The notes beneath the pieces are model-generated. The model ran no database searches. It saw only the letters and a list, made by a program, of their open reading frames with translations, and had not been told where the DNA came from. From the NCBI GenBank assembly GCA_020633775.1, contig JACKDA010000003.1, positions 87,211 to 151,210 on the forward strand: a stretch of 64,000 nucleotides of DNA, read 5' to 3'. Positions 20,053 through 31,703 of the stretch are shown here, one piece after another (positions within the stretch are counted from its first letter, which is position 1; every line of letters begins with the position of its first letter). Made by a program: the position numbers and the translations under genes. The stretch comes from Gemmatimonadales bacterium. Lineage in GTDB: Bacteria; Gemmatimonadota; Gemmatimonadetes; Gemmatimonadales; GWC2-71-9.

Positions 20053-21801
20053 ATGACGACCACCCCAGCCGACCCCGAGGTCGTCGCCCGCGTCGAACGC
20101 CTCCTCGGCGGCCGGTTCCGCCTCGACCAGACGGTCGCGGTCTCGCAGGAGCGCATCCTCTTCCAGGCCTGGGACCTCCTGGTGCGCCGGACCGTCTCGC
20201 TCCGGGTGAACACCGGCGACGATCCGGCGCTCCGCCGCTGGTTCCTGAAGGAGTGCGAGGCCCTCGCCCGACTCGACCATCCGGCCATCCGCCACATCTA
20301 CGAGGCCGGGGTCATCGACACCATCGCCTACCGGGTCGGCAACTGGATCCTCGGTGAATCGCTGGAGGAGGCGATCCTCCGCGGCCCGCGGCCCGTCCCG
20401 GCGGTGCACGTCCTCGCCCGCGACCTCCTCACCGCACTGGAGCACGCGCACGCCCACGGCATCGTGGTCCGCCGCATCGTCCCGGCCTCGCTCCTCCTCA
20501 CCTCGACCGGGCGCGGGACCGTGACCGACCTGCGGTTCTGCAACCTCACGCTCCCCGAGATCCCGCCGACCGAGGTCCCCACCGGACTGGAGTACCTCGC
20601 CCCGGAGGTCCGCGAGGGCCAATCGGGCGACCCCGCGAGCGACATCTACACCGCCGCGGCGATCCTCTACTTCGCCGTCACCGCGACGCGCCCGCCGCTG
20701 GACCCGACCGCGCTCGTCCCGCCCACGAAGATCCGTGCGGTGGTCCCCGCCGCGCTCGAGCGGGTGATCCTCCGCGCGATGCTGCCCGCGCCGGAACAGC
20801 GCTACCTCACCGCGGCGGAGATGCTGGAACAGTTCACCAGCGATGCGGGCGAGTTCGAGTCCCCGCAGGTCGGGCTGCCGATGCTGGCGGTGCCGCACGA
20901 CGACGGGCGCCACTGGGAGGCCCGGCTGCGCCGGGCCCTCGGCGATGACTACGAGCTGCTCGACACCCTGGGGGAGGGCGGCTTCGGACGCGTCTACCGG
21001 GTGCGCGACCTCCACCTCGAACGCGAGGTGGCGCTCAAGATCCTCCACCCGCACCTCACCGCCGACGTCACCGTCGTCGAGCGCTTCCGCCGCGAGGCCC
21101 AGCTCGCGGCGCGCCTCAATCACGGCAACATCGTCAACATCTACGACATCTCCGGCCGCTCGGGGCTGCTCTGGTACACGATGGAGATCGTGCACGGGCC
21201 CAACATCGCCCAGCTTGTCGAGCGCGACGGGCCCCTCGCGGTCGACCAGGTCCTCCGGCTGCTGCGCGAGGCGCTCTCGGCCCTCGGGCACGCCCACGCC
21301 CTCGGCCTGGTCCACCGTGACATCAAGCCGGAGAACATGCTCCTCGAGCGCGACGGGTCGCTGCGGATCACCGACTTCGGGCTGGCCCTCGCCCTCCGTG
21401 GCGAGGGGCGCTTCGGCGGCGCGACCTCGCAGAGCGGCACGCCGCAGTTCGCCTCGCCCGAGCAGCTCCTCGGCGAGCAGGTGGACCAGCGCACCGACCT
21501 CTACTCGCTGAGCGCGGTCGCGTGCTACGCCCTGCTGGGGCGGGTCCCCTTCCCCGGCCGCACCCCGGAACAGGTCCTCGCCAAGCAGACGAGCGACATC
21601 GTCCCCGACCTCACCGAGGAACGCCCCGACGTCAGCGAGGCACTCTCGGCCGTGCTGGGACGCGCGCTCCGCAACAACGTCAATGCGCGCTGGGCCTCCG
21701 CGGGGGAGTTCCGCAGTGCCCTCGAGGAGGCGGTCCAGAAGGCGCTCCGCCGCCGCGGGGGCGAGCTGGCGCGCCTCGCGGCGCGGCTCCTCGGGGCCTG
21801 A
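20053..21801 (+). CDS. Tandem degenerate pseudokinase + canonical Ser/Thr kinase, soluble
   Basis: Second half: GEGGFGRVY, VALKIL, HRDIKPENML, DFGLA, SPEQ. First half is kinase-like but reads VSLRV, IVVRRIVPASLL and TDLRF at the catalytic positions. Confidence 0.8.
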   Translation: MTTTPADPEVVARVERLLGGRFRLDQTVAVSQERILFQAWDLLVRRTVSLRVNTGDDPALRRWFLKECEALARLDHPAIRHIYEAGVIDTIAYRVGNWILGESLEEAILRGPRPVPAVHVLARDLLTALEHAHAHGIVVRRIVPASLLLTSTGRGTVTDLRFCNLTLPEIPPTEVPTGLEYLAPEVREGQSGDPASDIYTAAAILYFAVTATRPPLDPTALVPPTKIRAVVPAALERVILRAMLPAPEQRYLTAAEMLEQFTSDAGEFESPQVGLPMLAVPHDDGRHWEARLRRALGDDYELLDTLGEGGFGRVYRVRDLHLEREVALKILHPHLTADVTVVERFRREAQLAARLNHGNIVNIYDISGRSGLLWYTMEIVHGPNIAQLVERDGPLAVDQVLRLLREALSALGHAHALGLVHRDIKPENMLLERDGSLRITDFGLALALRGEGRFGGATSQSGTPQFASPEQLLGEQVDQRTDLYSLSAVACYALLGRVPFPGRTPEQVLAKQTSDIVPDLTEERPDVSEALSAVLGRALRNNVNARWASAGEFRSALEEAVQKALRRRGGELARLAARLLGA

Positions 21802-21819
21802 GCCCCGGGCCAATCCTGC

Positions 21820-21848
21820 TTGACAGCCCCGGTCGCCGCCGCGAAATT
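21820..21848 (+). promoter_or_regulatory. Candidate sigma-70-type promoter of cspA (TTGACA-17 nt-GAAATT), implying a ~150-nt 5' UTR
   Basis: Perfect -35 hexamer and an A2/T6-conforming -10 at 17-nt spacing, read from the sequence. Long csp leaders are well established in other bacteria. Confidence 0.45.
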
Positions 21849-22009
21849 ATCGACGCCGTGGCCCCGCGCGCGGACTTCTCCCTCCACATGGTGATGACCA
21901 CGCACGGGCCGGGGCACCGGGCGCGCCGACGGGACTGGCCCGACGGCCCGCCGCACCCGCACCGCCCTCGGGCGGCGTGGGAGGGCCACACCAATCAGGA
22001 GTCGCAGCA

Positions 22010-22219
22010 ATGGCACGTACCACCGGCACCGTGAAGTGGTTCAACGACGCGAAGGGGTTCGGCTTCATCACCCCCGAGGGCGGCGACAAGGACTGCTTCG
22101 TCCATCACAGCGCGATCACCATGGAGGGGTTCCGTACCCTCGCCGAGGGTGACCGCGTCGAGTTCGACATCGTGCAGGGTGCCAAGGGCCCCGCGGCGGA
22201 GAACGTCACCAAGGCCTGA
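22010..22219 (+). CDS. cspA: Cold-shock protein (CspA family)
   Basis: [20 protein letters not shown] (RNP1) and CFVHHS (RNP2). AGGAG lies 8 nt upstream. 69 aa. Confidence 0.92.
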   Translation: MARTTGTVKWFNDAKGFGFITPEGGDKDCFVHHSAITMEGFRTLAEGDRVEFDIVQGAKGPAAENVTKA

Positions 22220-22240
22220 GTCCAGACCGGCAGCACCAGA

Positions 22241-22274
22241 ACGGCCCCCCCGATGCCTGCATCGGGGGGGCCGT
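22241..22274. terminator. Bidirectional intrinsic terminator between cspA and infA
   Basis: 15-bp GC-rich stem ACGGCCCCCCCGATG / CATCGGGGGGGCCGT with loop CCTG, followed by TTTG. Confidence 0.7.
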
Positions 22275-22300
22275 TTGCCGTCCGGACGCCGGGCGGAGCG

Positions 22301-22519
22301 CTACTTGTGGCGGTACACGACCCGGCCGCGGGTCAGGTCGTACGGGGAGAGGACGACGCTGACGCGATCGCCCTCGAGCACGCGGATCTTGAACTTCGAC
22401 ATCTTCCCCGCGGCATACGCCAGGATGGTGTGCCCGTTGTCGAGCAGCACCCGGTAGTTGCGATCCGGGAGCACCTCCTGGACCACTCCCTCCATCTCGA
22501 TCCCGTCTTCCTTCGCCAT
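22301..22519 (-). CDS. infA: Translation initiation factor IF-1
   Basis: 72 aa; the [13 protein letters not shown]...RVVYRHK sequence is unmistakably IF-1. Confidence 0.95.
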   Translation of the reverse strand: MAKEDGIEMEGVVQEVLPDRNYRVLLDNGHTILAYAAGKMSKFKIRVLEGDRVSVVLSPYDLTRGRVVYRHK

Positions 22520-22545
22520 CCACGCTCCATCGTCAGGTCAGGCCG

Positions 22546-22565
22546 GACGGGCCGGACGGCCCGTC
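22546..22565 (-). terminator. Short hairpin downstream of pepF (GACGGGCC-GGAC-GGCCCGTC)
   Basis: Perfect 8-bp stem read from the sequence. No U-tract follows, so terminator function is uncertain. Confidence 0.3.
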
Positions 22566-22617
22566 GTGACGGCTGGCAATCTGGCCGCCCGGGCCACCCG
22601 GCGCAACACGAGCGCCC

Positions 22618-24333
22618 TCAGCCGACCCCGGCGAGCGAGCCCCGCAGCACCTCCATCTCCTCCTCCACCATCGTCACCAGCTCCCCCAGCAACCCTGCCT
22701 CGAACGAGAGCTCGACCCCCGCCGCCCGGTACAACTCGGGCAGCGGTCTGGTCGCCCCGAGGGCGAGGAACCGACGGTACGCCGCCACCGCCCCCTCGGG
22801 GTCCCGCCGGGCGTTGCGCCACACCTGCAGCGCCCCGATCTGGGCGATGCCGTACTCGATGTAGTAGAACGGATAGAGGAAGATGTGCAGCTGGCGGTAC
22901 CATCGGGCGACCCGCTCCGCCTCGAGGCCGGTCCAGTCCACGCCCCGCTCGAACCGCTCGCGGAACCGGAGCCAGGCGGCGTCGCGCGCGGCGGCATCGC
23001 GACCCGCGGGGTCGGTGTAGATCCATGACTGGAAGGCGTCGACCGAGGCGATGTGCGCGAGGGCGACCAGCAGGTCCTCCAGGTGCTCGAGGCGCGCGGC
23101 GACCGCGTCGGGCGCCTCGTAGTACCCCGTCGGCCGGGCGAGGTGCGGACCGGCCAGCAGCTCCATCGACATCGACGCCAGCTCGGCCGACTCCGCCCCC
23201 GGGTGCCGCTGCCAGATGAGGGGACGCGCGTGCGACGCGAAGGCGTGGAAGCAGTGCCCCGCCTCGTGCAGCAGCGTCATCACGTCCTCGGCCACGCCGG
23301 CGGCGTTCATGAACACGAACGGCCTGCCCCGCGCATGGAGGGTGTCGCAGTATCCCCCGGGCGCCTTGCCGGGACGCGCCTCCAGGTCGAGCAGCCCCTC
23401 GGTCATCATGGTGCGGAACTGGCCGCCGAGGGTCGGGTCGATCCGTTCGAAGATCGCCGCGGCCCGTTCCTCGAGGTCGGCGATGTCGCGGTACGGTGCG
23501 GTCGCCTCGCGCTGCCGCGGGTCCACTGCGGTGTCCCACGGCCGGAGCGCGGCCAGCTCGAGCCGTTCACGGCGATGCGCCATGACCCGCTCCACCGCCG
23601 GCACCACCGTCGCCTCGATCGCGTCGTGCAGCCGCTCGGTGTCGGCCGGGGTGTACTCGAAGCGTCCCTTCGCGACGAAGGTGTAGTCGCGGAAGTCGGC
23701 GAAGCCGGCGTTGCGTGCCATCTCGCCGCGCAGCTCGACCATCCGGTCGAAGAGGCCGGCGAGTTCGTCCCGGGCTTCCACGTAGGGGGCGACCCCCGCC
23801 CGCCACGCCGCCTCGCGCACGCCGCGGTCCGCGACCTTGAGGAACGGGGCGAGCCGCGGCAGCGGCACCCGATCGCCCTGCCACTCGGCCGTCATCCCCC
23901 CGGTCACCTGCTGGTACCGCGCCGCGAGTCCTTCGGCCTCCGCGGTGAGCGGCACGTTCGCCTCGCGGAAGAGCTCGATCGCCGTGCGGAACCGGCGCAG
24001 CGCCGTCTGCAGGTCGTCGCGGTCGGTCCCGATCGCGACGAACCGCTTCGCGAGCGCCACCTCCTTCTCCTCGAGCTGCGGCAGGATCTCGGTGGAGAAG
24101 CGGAGGTGCGCCGCCTCCTTCGCCTTGTCGGTCGTGTCGGAGGTGTAGGCGATCATCGCGAGCGAGGCGGCCTCGGTCACCAGCTCGTCGAGCCGCGACC
24201 AGGCCGCCAGCCAGTCGTCACGGGTGGCGGCGGTGAGCTCGGCGCCCGCGAGGTCATCGTACCAGGCGGCGATCTCTGGCCAGGATGCCTCGGCGAGGCC
24301 AGCGCTTGTCGGGGGCAGGGGGGTCTGGAACAT
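22618..24333 (-). CDS. pepF: M3-family oligoendopeptidase F
   Basis: HEAGHCFH zinc motif and typical PepF length (571 aa). Start at MFQTPLPP inside composite track ORF 22618..25047. Confidence 0.85.
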   Translation of the reverse strand: MFQTPLPPTSAGLAEASWPEIAAWYDDLAGAELTAATRDDWLAAWSRLDELVTEAASLAMIAYTSDTTDKAKEAAHLRFSTEILPQLEEKEVALAKRFVAIGTDRDDLQTALRRFRTAIELFREANVPLTAEAEGLAARYQQVTGGMTAEWQGDRVPLPRLAPFLKVADRGVREAAWRAGVAPYVEARDELAGLFDRMVELRGEMARNAGFADFRDYTFVAKGRFEYTPADTERLHDAIEATVVPAVERVMAHRRERLELAALRPWDTAVDPRQREATAPYRDIADLEERAAAIFERIDPTLGGQFRTMMTEGLLDLEARPGKAPGGYCDTLHARGRPFVFMNAAGVAEDVMTLLHEAGHCFHAFASHARPLIWQRHPGAESAELASMSMELLAGPHLARPTGYYEAPDAVAARLEHLEDLLVALAHIASVDAFQSWIYTDPAGRDAAARDAAWLRFRERFERGVDWTGLEAERVARWYRQLHIFLYPFYYIEYGIAQIGALQVWRNARRDPEGAVAAYRRFLALGATRPLPELYRAAGVELSFEAGLLGELVTMVEEEMEVLRGSLAGVG

Positions 24334-24359
24334 CGCCGGATGATAACGCGGCCGCCGGG

Positions 24360-25571
24360 TCACGGCACCGGGGCCGGTCGCGGCGCCGGCCGGACATGCC
24401 GGAAGGCGACGTATCCGACCCCGGCCACCACGCAGCCACTGAGCAGGAAGGGGGCATCCACCCCCAGCCGCTGGAACGCGATCGTCCCCACGATCGGCGC
24501 CACCACCCGCGACAGCCCGGCGAACGTCTGCGCCACCCCCATGGTGGTGCCGAGCTCGCCCTGGGTCGCCGCCTCCGACAGGAGCGACGTGGTCGCCGGG
24601 AAGAGGAGCGCCGTCCCGATCGGGACCAGCGGGATGATCGCGGCCAGCACCCAGACGGTCGGTGCCGCCGGATAGAGCAGCAGCCCGATGGCAAGCAGGA
24701 CCGTGCCAAGGCGCATCGCCCCCACCTCGCCCAGCCGCTCGATGGCGGGGCCGAGGAGGAGCGAGCGCATCACCAGCGAGAGCAGCCCGGTGTAGACGAA
24801 GAAGTAGCCGATCGTCGCGGCAGTGACCTCGAAGCGGGCCTCGAGCCAGAGCGCGAGGACGCTGGTCAGGAGCGAGAACGCCAGCATCCCGACGCCGTAG
24901 ATCCACGTGAGCCGCGCGGCCGGCGCCGAGGGGTGGCGCACGACCTCCCAGGCCGCGTGCCACACCGGGCGCCGGCGCGGCGGCGTGGCATCGGCACGCC
25001 GCGACTCCGGCAGGAAGCGCCACGCCGCGAGCACGTTCAGCAGGCACAACCCGCTGGCGATCAGCCCGGGTGCCGCGCGGCCGAGGGCCGTCGCGGCGGA
25101 GCCGATGGCGGGCCCCATCATGAACCCGGCCGCCGTGGCTGCGGAGAGCCAGCCCAGCGCGCGCGCCCGGTCGGCGGGCGCCACCGTGTCGCTGACATAG
25201 GCGTGCGCGACCCCGGTCGTCCCGCCCCCGGCCCCCTGCACCACCCGCGACAGGAACAGCAGCCAGAGCGAGTTCGCGAAGCCGAACACCAGGAAGGCCA
25301 CGGAGGAGGCGAAGAGCGAGATCAGCAGCACCGGGCGCCGACCGGTGCGATCGGAGAGCCGTCCCCAGAGCGGCGAGGCGACCAGCTGCGCGATCGAGAA
25401 CGACGCGATCAGCCAGCCGACCATCTCCGGCGTCGCGTCGAGCTCGAGCGCGTAGAACGGCAGGATCGGCAGCACGATCGCGAAGCCGAGCATGTCGATG
25501 AACGACACGGCGATCAGCACGGCAAGCTGCCGGAAGGAGTCCCGGCGGCTGGGAATGGGGGGTGCGGTCAC
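24360..25571 (-). CDS. MFS transporter
   Basis: 12-TM-type sequence with the GRLSDRTGRRPVL loop motif. GTG start overlapping the stop of the upstream PIG-L gene (GTGA). Confidence 0.8.
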   Translation of the reverse strand: MTAPPIPSRRDSFRQLAVLIAVSFIDMLGFAIVLPILPFYALELDATPEMVGWLIASFSIAQLVASPLWGRLSDRTGRRPVLLISLFASSVAFLVFGFANSLWLLFLSRVVQGAGGGTTGVAHAYVSDTVAPADRARALGWLSAATAAGFMMGPAIGSAATALGRAAPGLIASGLCLLNVLAAWRFLPESRRADATPPRRRPVWHAAWEVVRHPSAPAARLTWIYGVGMLAFSLLTSVLALWLEARFEVTAATIGYFFVYTGLLSLVMRSLLLGPAIERLGEVGAMRLGTVLLAIGLLLYPAAPTVWVLAAIIPLVPIGTALLFPATTSLLSEAATQGELGTTMGVAQTFAGLSRVVAPIVGTIAFQRLGVDAPFLLSGCVVAGVGYVAFRHVRPAPRPAPVP

Positions 25572-27994
25572 GGCGCGCCGAGCGCGAGCAGGTTCGCGAA
25601 CAGGCGCCACGCCCCCGGCACCGCGGCGGGGAGCTCGCGGAAGAATGACAGCCCGGTGTAGATCACCCTGCCCTTCCCGTACGGCGCGCTGAGCAGCCCG
25701 CCCCGGGCCGGCGCCTCGTCGGGATCCTGCAGTTCGAGGAGCGGGGTCCAGCGTGCATCCCACGTCCCGGCGAAGTAGAGCCCACGCTCCTGCACCCACC
25801 CGTCCCAGTCGGCCGGGGTGAGTCGATTCGGGCCGACACGCAACGCCTCCGACCCGGGCAGCCAGCGGGCCGGCGATGCCTCGTCGGTCACCCGGTCATG
25901 CGGCCGCGAGATCGTGATCGGGTACGGGGCGAAGCCGCCCTGCACGTACTGATACTGCTGGTACTGCACGATCAGCGTCCCGCCCCGCTCGGCGAACGCG
26001 AGCAGCCGCGGATTCGCCCGGCCGACCGCCGGGTCCAGCTCGTAGGCCCGCGGCCCGATCACCATCACGTCGAGCGAGTCGAGTGTGGGCCCATCGAGCT
26101 CCTCCGGCGTGAGCAGCCGCACCGGCTGCCCCGCCGCCGCGAGCGCCTCGGGGATCTGGTCGGCCGCACCCCGGAGGTAGCCGATCCGCCGCTGCGCGGG
26201 GAACGTGATCGGCGTGACCACGGCGCGCACCTCGGCCGGGTGAAAGAGGATCCGCGGCGTGATGTGCGGATACCGGATCCGCTCGGCGCCAATCCGGAAG
26301 GTGTCGCGGCCGACGACCGCCTCCGCACGAAGCGTCACCTCACCCGGCGCGACATCATCGGGAGGCGTCACGGTGTAGGTCAGCGTGCGCCGCTCGCCCT
26401 CGACGGAGAAGTCCACCTGCTGGGCCGGCCCCACCGACCACCCCGCGGGTGCCAGGACCCGCACGATGGCAGTGCTGGTGTCGCGTGCCGCGTGCTCGAC
26501 CGACACCGTGACCGTGCGCGGACCGGAACCGATCGGCCACAGGATGGTGCCGGGCGACACCGAGAGCATCACCTTCGGCACGACGACCACCGGCGTGCGC
26601 ACCTCGCCGATCGCCTGGTCGACGGAGCGAGCCACGATGGGGCGACGGACCAACGGACCAATCTGCGTGGCACCAAGAGGCGTCACAACGAAGGTCGCGG
26701 CCGCTGGCTGGGCGAACGGGAGGCCGAGGGACTCTGACTGGGGCCATTGATAGAGCGCCCCGTCGAGAGACCGGGCAAGGAAGTACGGCTGGCTCGGTCG
26801 GGCGTCCGGGGCCACGGTGATGGAGACGGCGCAGCGAAACAGTCTTCCGGCACGGAGGAGGACCGCGGTCTGCGGATTGCTGCAGCCCCCGGCTCGCTGG
26901 GCAACGAATCGCTCGCCAAGGTCCGTGTCCGTCGAGACGGACATCTGTCGATTCGAGTCCGCCGCGGGCCCGGGGAACCATCCGACGAGCGTCACGGACA
27001 TCTCCTGCCCCGGCACCACCTCGGCGTCATCGGTGTAGGCGTCGACGATCACCCCGGCCCCGGCGAGTGCCAGTTCCGCGCGGCGCGCGCTGTCACGGCT
27101 CGCCACCGCCGCGACCCCCGCGAAGAGCGCCGTGTCCGCCTGCACATCGAGTCCGGCCGCGACCGCTTCCAATACGATGCGCCGCGTGCTCGGCCCCGGC
27201 TCCTCCAGCCCCCCCTGGTCCTGCGAGCGGTGCTGCGAGCGCGCCGTCGCCGCGATCTGGTGATAGGACTGACCCACCGCCGGATCGAGCAGGCCGCCGT
27301 CGAGTGTCTGCCCCGGCCCCTCGGCGCCACGGTTCCGGTAGAACTTGAGCGGCCGCCAGGGCGCGAGCCCCTCCTCCGTCCACAGCTCACGGAACCGGGT
27401 GCTGTCCTGCGCCGCGTCGAACGCCTCGCGCGCGAGGATCCCCGAGGCCTGGTGATGGCCGTGCCCGTCGCGCGGCGTCCCGGTCCACACCGAGACGATC
27501 ACCTGCGGCTGGAACCGCCGGATGATGCGCACGATGTCCTTGAGCAGCGAGTCGCGCGGCCAGAAGCGGAACGCCTCGGTCGCGGTCTTCGAGAAGCCGA
27601 AGTCGTAGGCCCGGGTGAAGAACTGCGTGGCGCCGTCGATGCGTCGCGACGCGAGCAGTTCCTCGGTGCGCACGAGGCCCAGCGCGGGACCGAGCTCGCT
27701 GCCGATCAGGTTCTGCCCGCCCTCGCCGCGGGTGAGCGAGAGGTACGCCGTCTCGATGCCCATCCCGCGCGAGAGGATCGTGATGAGCTCGGTGTCCTCG
27801 TCGTCCGGGTGGGCGCCGATCATGAGGACCTTGCGCCCGTCGTCCAGGAAGCGCGCCTGCTGGGCGAGGTGGATCGCCCCGCCCGTCCCCGCCCCGACCC
27901 CCTGGCTCGCGAGCGGGACGGTCGAGCCGAGGACAAGCAGCAACGCCGCGACCACGGTTCGTGGTCGCGGGGCACCGGGGTGCGGGTGAATCAT
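25568..27994 (-). CDS. Large secreted PIG-L/LmbE-family deacetylase-domain protein with C-terminal extra domains
   Basis: Signal peptide, then the VLMIGAHPDDEDT and HHQASG motifs of the PIG-L family. 808 aa. Start at MIHPHPG inside track ORF 25568..28441. Confidence 0.7.
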   Translation of the reverse strand: MIHPHPGAPRPRTVVAALLLVLGSTVPLASQGVGAGTGGAIHLAQQARFLDDGRKVLMIGAHPDDEDTELITILSRGMGIETAYLSLTRGEGGQNLIGSELGPALGLVRTEELLASRRIDGATQFFTRAYDFGFSKTATEAFRFWPRDSLLKDIVRIIRRFQPQVIVSVWTGTPRDGHGHHQASGILAREAFDAAQDSTRFRELWTEEGLAPWRPLKFYRNRGAEGPGQTLDGGLLDPAVGQSYHQIAATARSQHRSQDQGGLEEPGPSTRRIVLEAVAAGLDVQADTALFAGVAAVASRDSARRAELALAGAGVIVDAYTDDAEVVPGQEMSVTLVGWFPGPAADSNRQMSVSTDTDLGERFVAQRAGGCSNPQTAVLLRAGRLFRCAVSITVAPDARPSQPYFLARSLDGALYQWPQSESLGLPFAQPAAATFVVTPLGATQIGPLVRRPIVARSVDQAIGEVRTPVVVVPKVMLSVSPGTILWPIGSGPRTVTVSVEHAARDTSTAIVRVLAPAGWSVGPAQQVDFSVEGERRTLTYTVTPPDDVAPGEVTLRAEAVVGRDTFRIGAERIRYPHITPRILFHPAEVRAVVTPITFPAQRRIGYLRGAADQIPEALAAAGQPVRLLTPEELDGPTLDSLDVMVIGPRAYELDPAVGRANPRLLAFAERGGTLIVQYQQYQYVQGGFAPYPITISRPHDRVTDEASPARWLPGSEALRVGPNRLTPADWDGWVQERGLYFAGTWDARWTPLLELQDPDEAPARGGLLSAPYGKGRVIYTGLSFFRELPAAVPGAWRLFANLLALGAP

Positions 27995-28332
27995 GGCGTG
28001 TCCGTGGGTTCGTCGTCCGGAGGGTCGTCGGGGGCTGGCGTCTCGGGGGAACGGATCGGATGCTTCTCCTGTTCCCGGCCGACCACGAAGGCGAGGACGA
28101 ACGCGATGAGGGCGGCGAGGAGGAGGGTCTGCGCCGACCCCCCGCCACGGGTGCCCTTGAGCAGCATCAGGAAGGCGACCGACACCGCGATCGTCCCGAT
28201 GCCGCGGAGGATCTCGTCGGTGTTCCGCCACTTCGTCTGCCGACCCCAGTTGATCGCCGCCAGCAGGCCGGCGACGCCGAGGAGCAGGATGCCGTACCAA
28301 ATGAGGATCCACCAGCGCCTGCCGATGATCAT
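27991..28332 (-). CDS. Small membrane protein (3 TM helices, acidic Pro-rich tail)
   Basis: Hydrophobic helices. Its stop overlaps the start of the PIG-L gene, so the two are translationally coupled. Confidence 0.5.
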   Translation of the reverse strand: MIIGRRWWILIWYGILLLGVAGLLAAINWGRQTKWRNTDEILRGIGTIAVSVAFLMLLKGTRGGGSAQTLLLAALIAFVLAFVVGREQEKHPIRSPETPAPDDPPDDEPTDTP

Positions 28333-28413
28333 CGGGTGCCCGGGGGTTCGAATTGGTCACGCATGAGTGACAGCCGATCAACGGTAGCCCGCGGACCCGC
28401 CCTCGCCAAGGGG

Positions 28414-28737
28414 TCAGCGACCGGGCGGGCACGCACCGCACGGACAGCGGTCCCGCAGGGCGCGATAGGTGTAGATCCCGGTCCCGTGCCCGTCGCTCCA
28501 GCGGATCCGGATCCCGTAGGCACCGACCGGCTGCAGGTCCACGAGCTGCACGTCGTCGGGGACATCGGCCGGATCGAGCAGGGGGCGACCGGTCATCTCA
28601 TCGACGCAGGCGGCGCAGGGACAGGCGAGCCGCAGCGGACGCGCCGCGTAGCGGCCGACATGGCCCGCGCTCCACGTGATCTCGAGATGGTCGGCCACCC
28701 GTCGGACGGTGGCGGGTACCACCGGAGTGTCGGACAC
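28414..28737 (-). CDS. DUF971 (gamma-butyrobetaine hydroxylase N-terminal-like) protein
   Basis: LEITWSAGH...LRLACPCAAC...IRIRWSDGHGTGIYTY pattern. GTG 28737 behind GGGAGGG is preferred; ATG 28785 is the alternative. Confidence 0.6.
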   Translation of the reverse strand: MSDTPVVPATVRRVADHLEITWSAGHVGRYAARPLRLACPCAACVDEMTGRPLLDPADVPDDVQLVDLQPVGAYGIRIRWSDGHGTGIYTYRALRDRCPCGACPPGR

Positions 28738-28809
28738 GACGCCCTCCCGGGCTGTTAGGTTTCGGATCGGTACGCCCACCCTCATTCTACCGAGAAGGAC
28801 GCTGGCACG

Positions 28810-31581
<2,772 letters not shown>

Positions 31582-31587
<6 letters not shown>

Positions 31588-31609
31588 GGCGTGAGTCCTG
31601 AGGCGTGAG
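31582..31609 (+). repeat. Four TGA codons at an exact 7-nt period (gcgTGAg gcgTGAg tccTGAg gcgTGAg), beginning with the acnA stop
   Basis: TGA at 31585, 31592, 31599 and 31606, counted in the sequence. Confidence 0.85.
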
Positions 31610-31631
31610 GGTTGCCTGACCGCGCAGAACG

Positions 31632-31669
31632 GAAGAAGGCCGGCTCCCATCCAGGGGCCGGCCTTCTTC
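31632..31669. terminator. Bidirectional terminator hairpin between acnA and the sigma-factor gene
   Basis: 13-bp stem GAAGAAGGCCGGC / GCCGGCCTTCTTC with a 12-nt loop. Confidence 0.65.
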
Positions 31670-31683
31670 GTGAGTCCTCCCAC

Positions 31684-31703
31684 GACTCACGACTCACGAC
31701 TCA
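31684..31703 (-). repeat. Three TGA codons at a 7-nt period (TGAGTCG x3) on the minus strand, beginning with the sigma-factor stop
   Basis: Forward-strand TCA at 31701, 31694 and 31687. Confidence 0.85.

Noticed and set aside
22618-25047. N-terminal extensions of composite track ORFs (22618..25047, 25568..28441, 28414..30522, 32873..34756, 34560..38144, 53826..55064, 57802..59193, 12662..14899, 9719..12433, 6359..8704, 17728..19425).
   Set aside because: In each case the family-like sequence begins at an internal ATG/GTG. That start overlaps or closely follows the previous gene's stop, or has an SD or TANNNT box. The upstream part is low-complexity and overlaps a neighbouring real gene.
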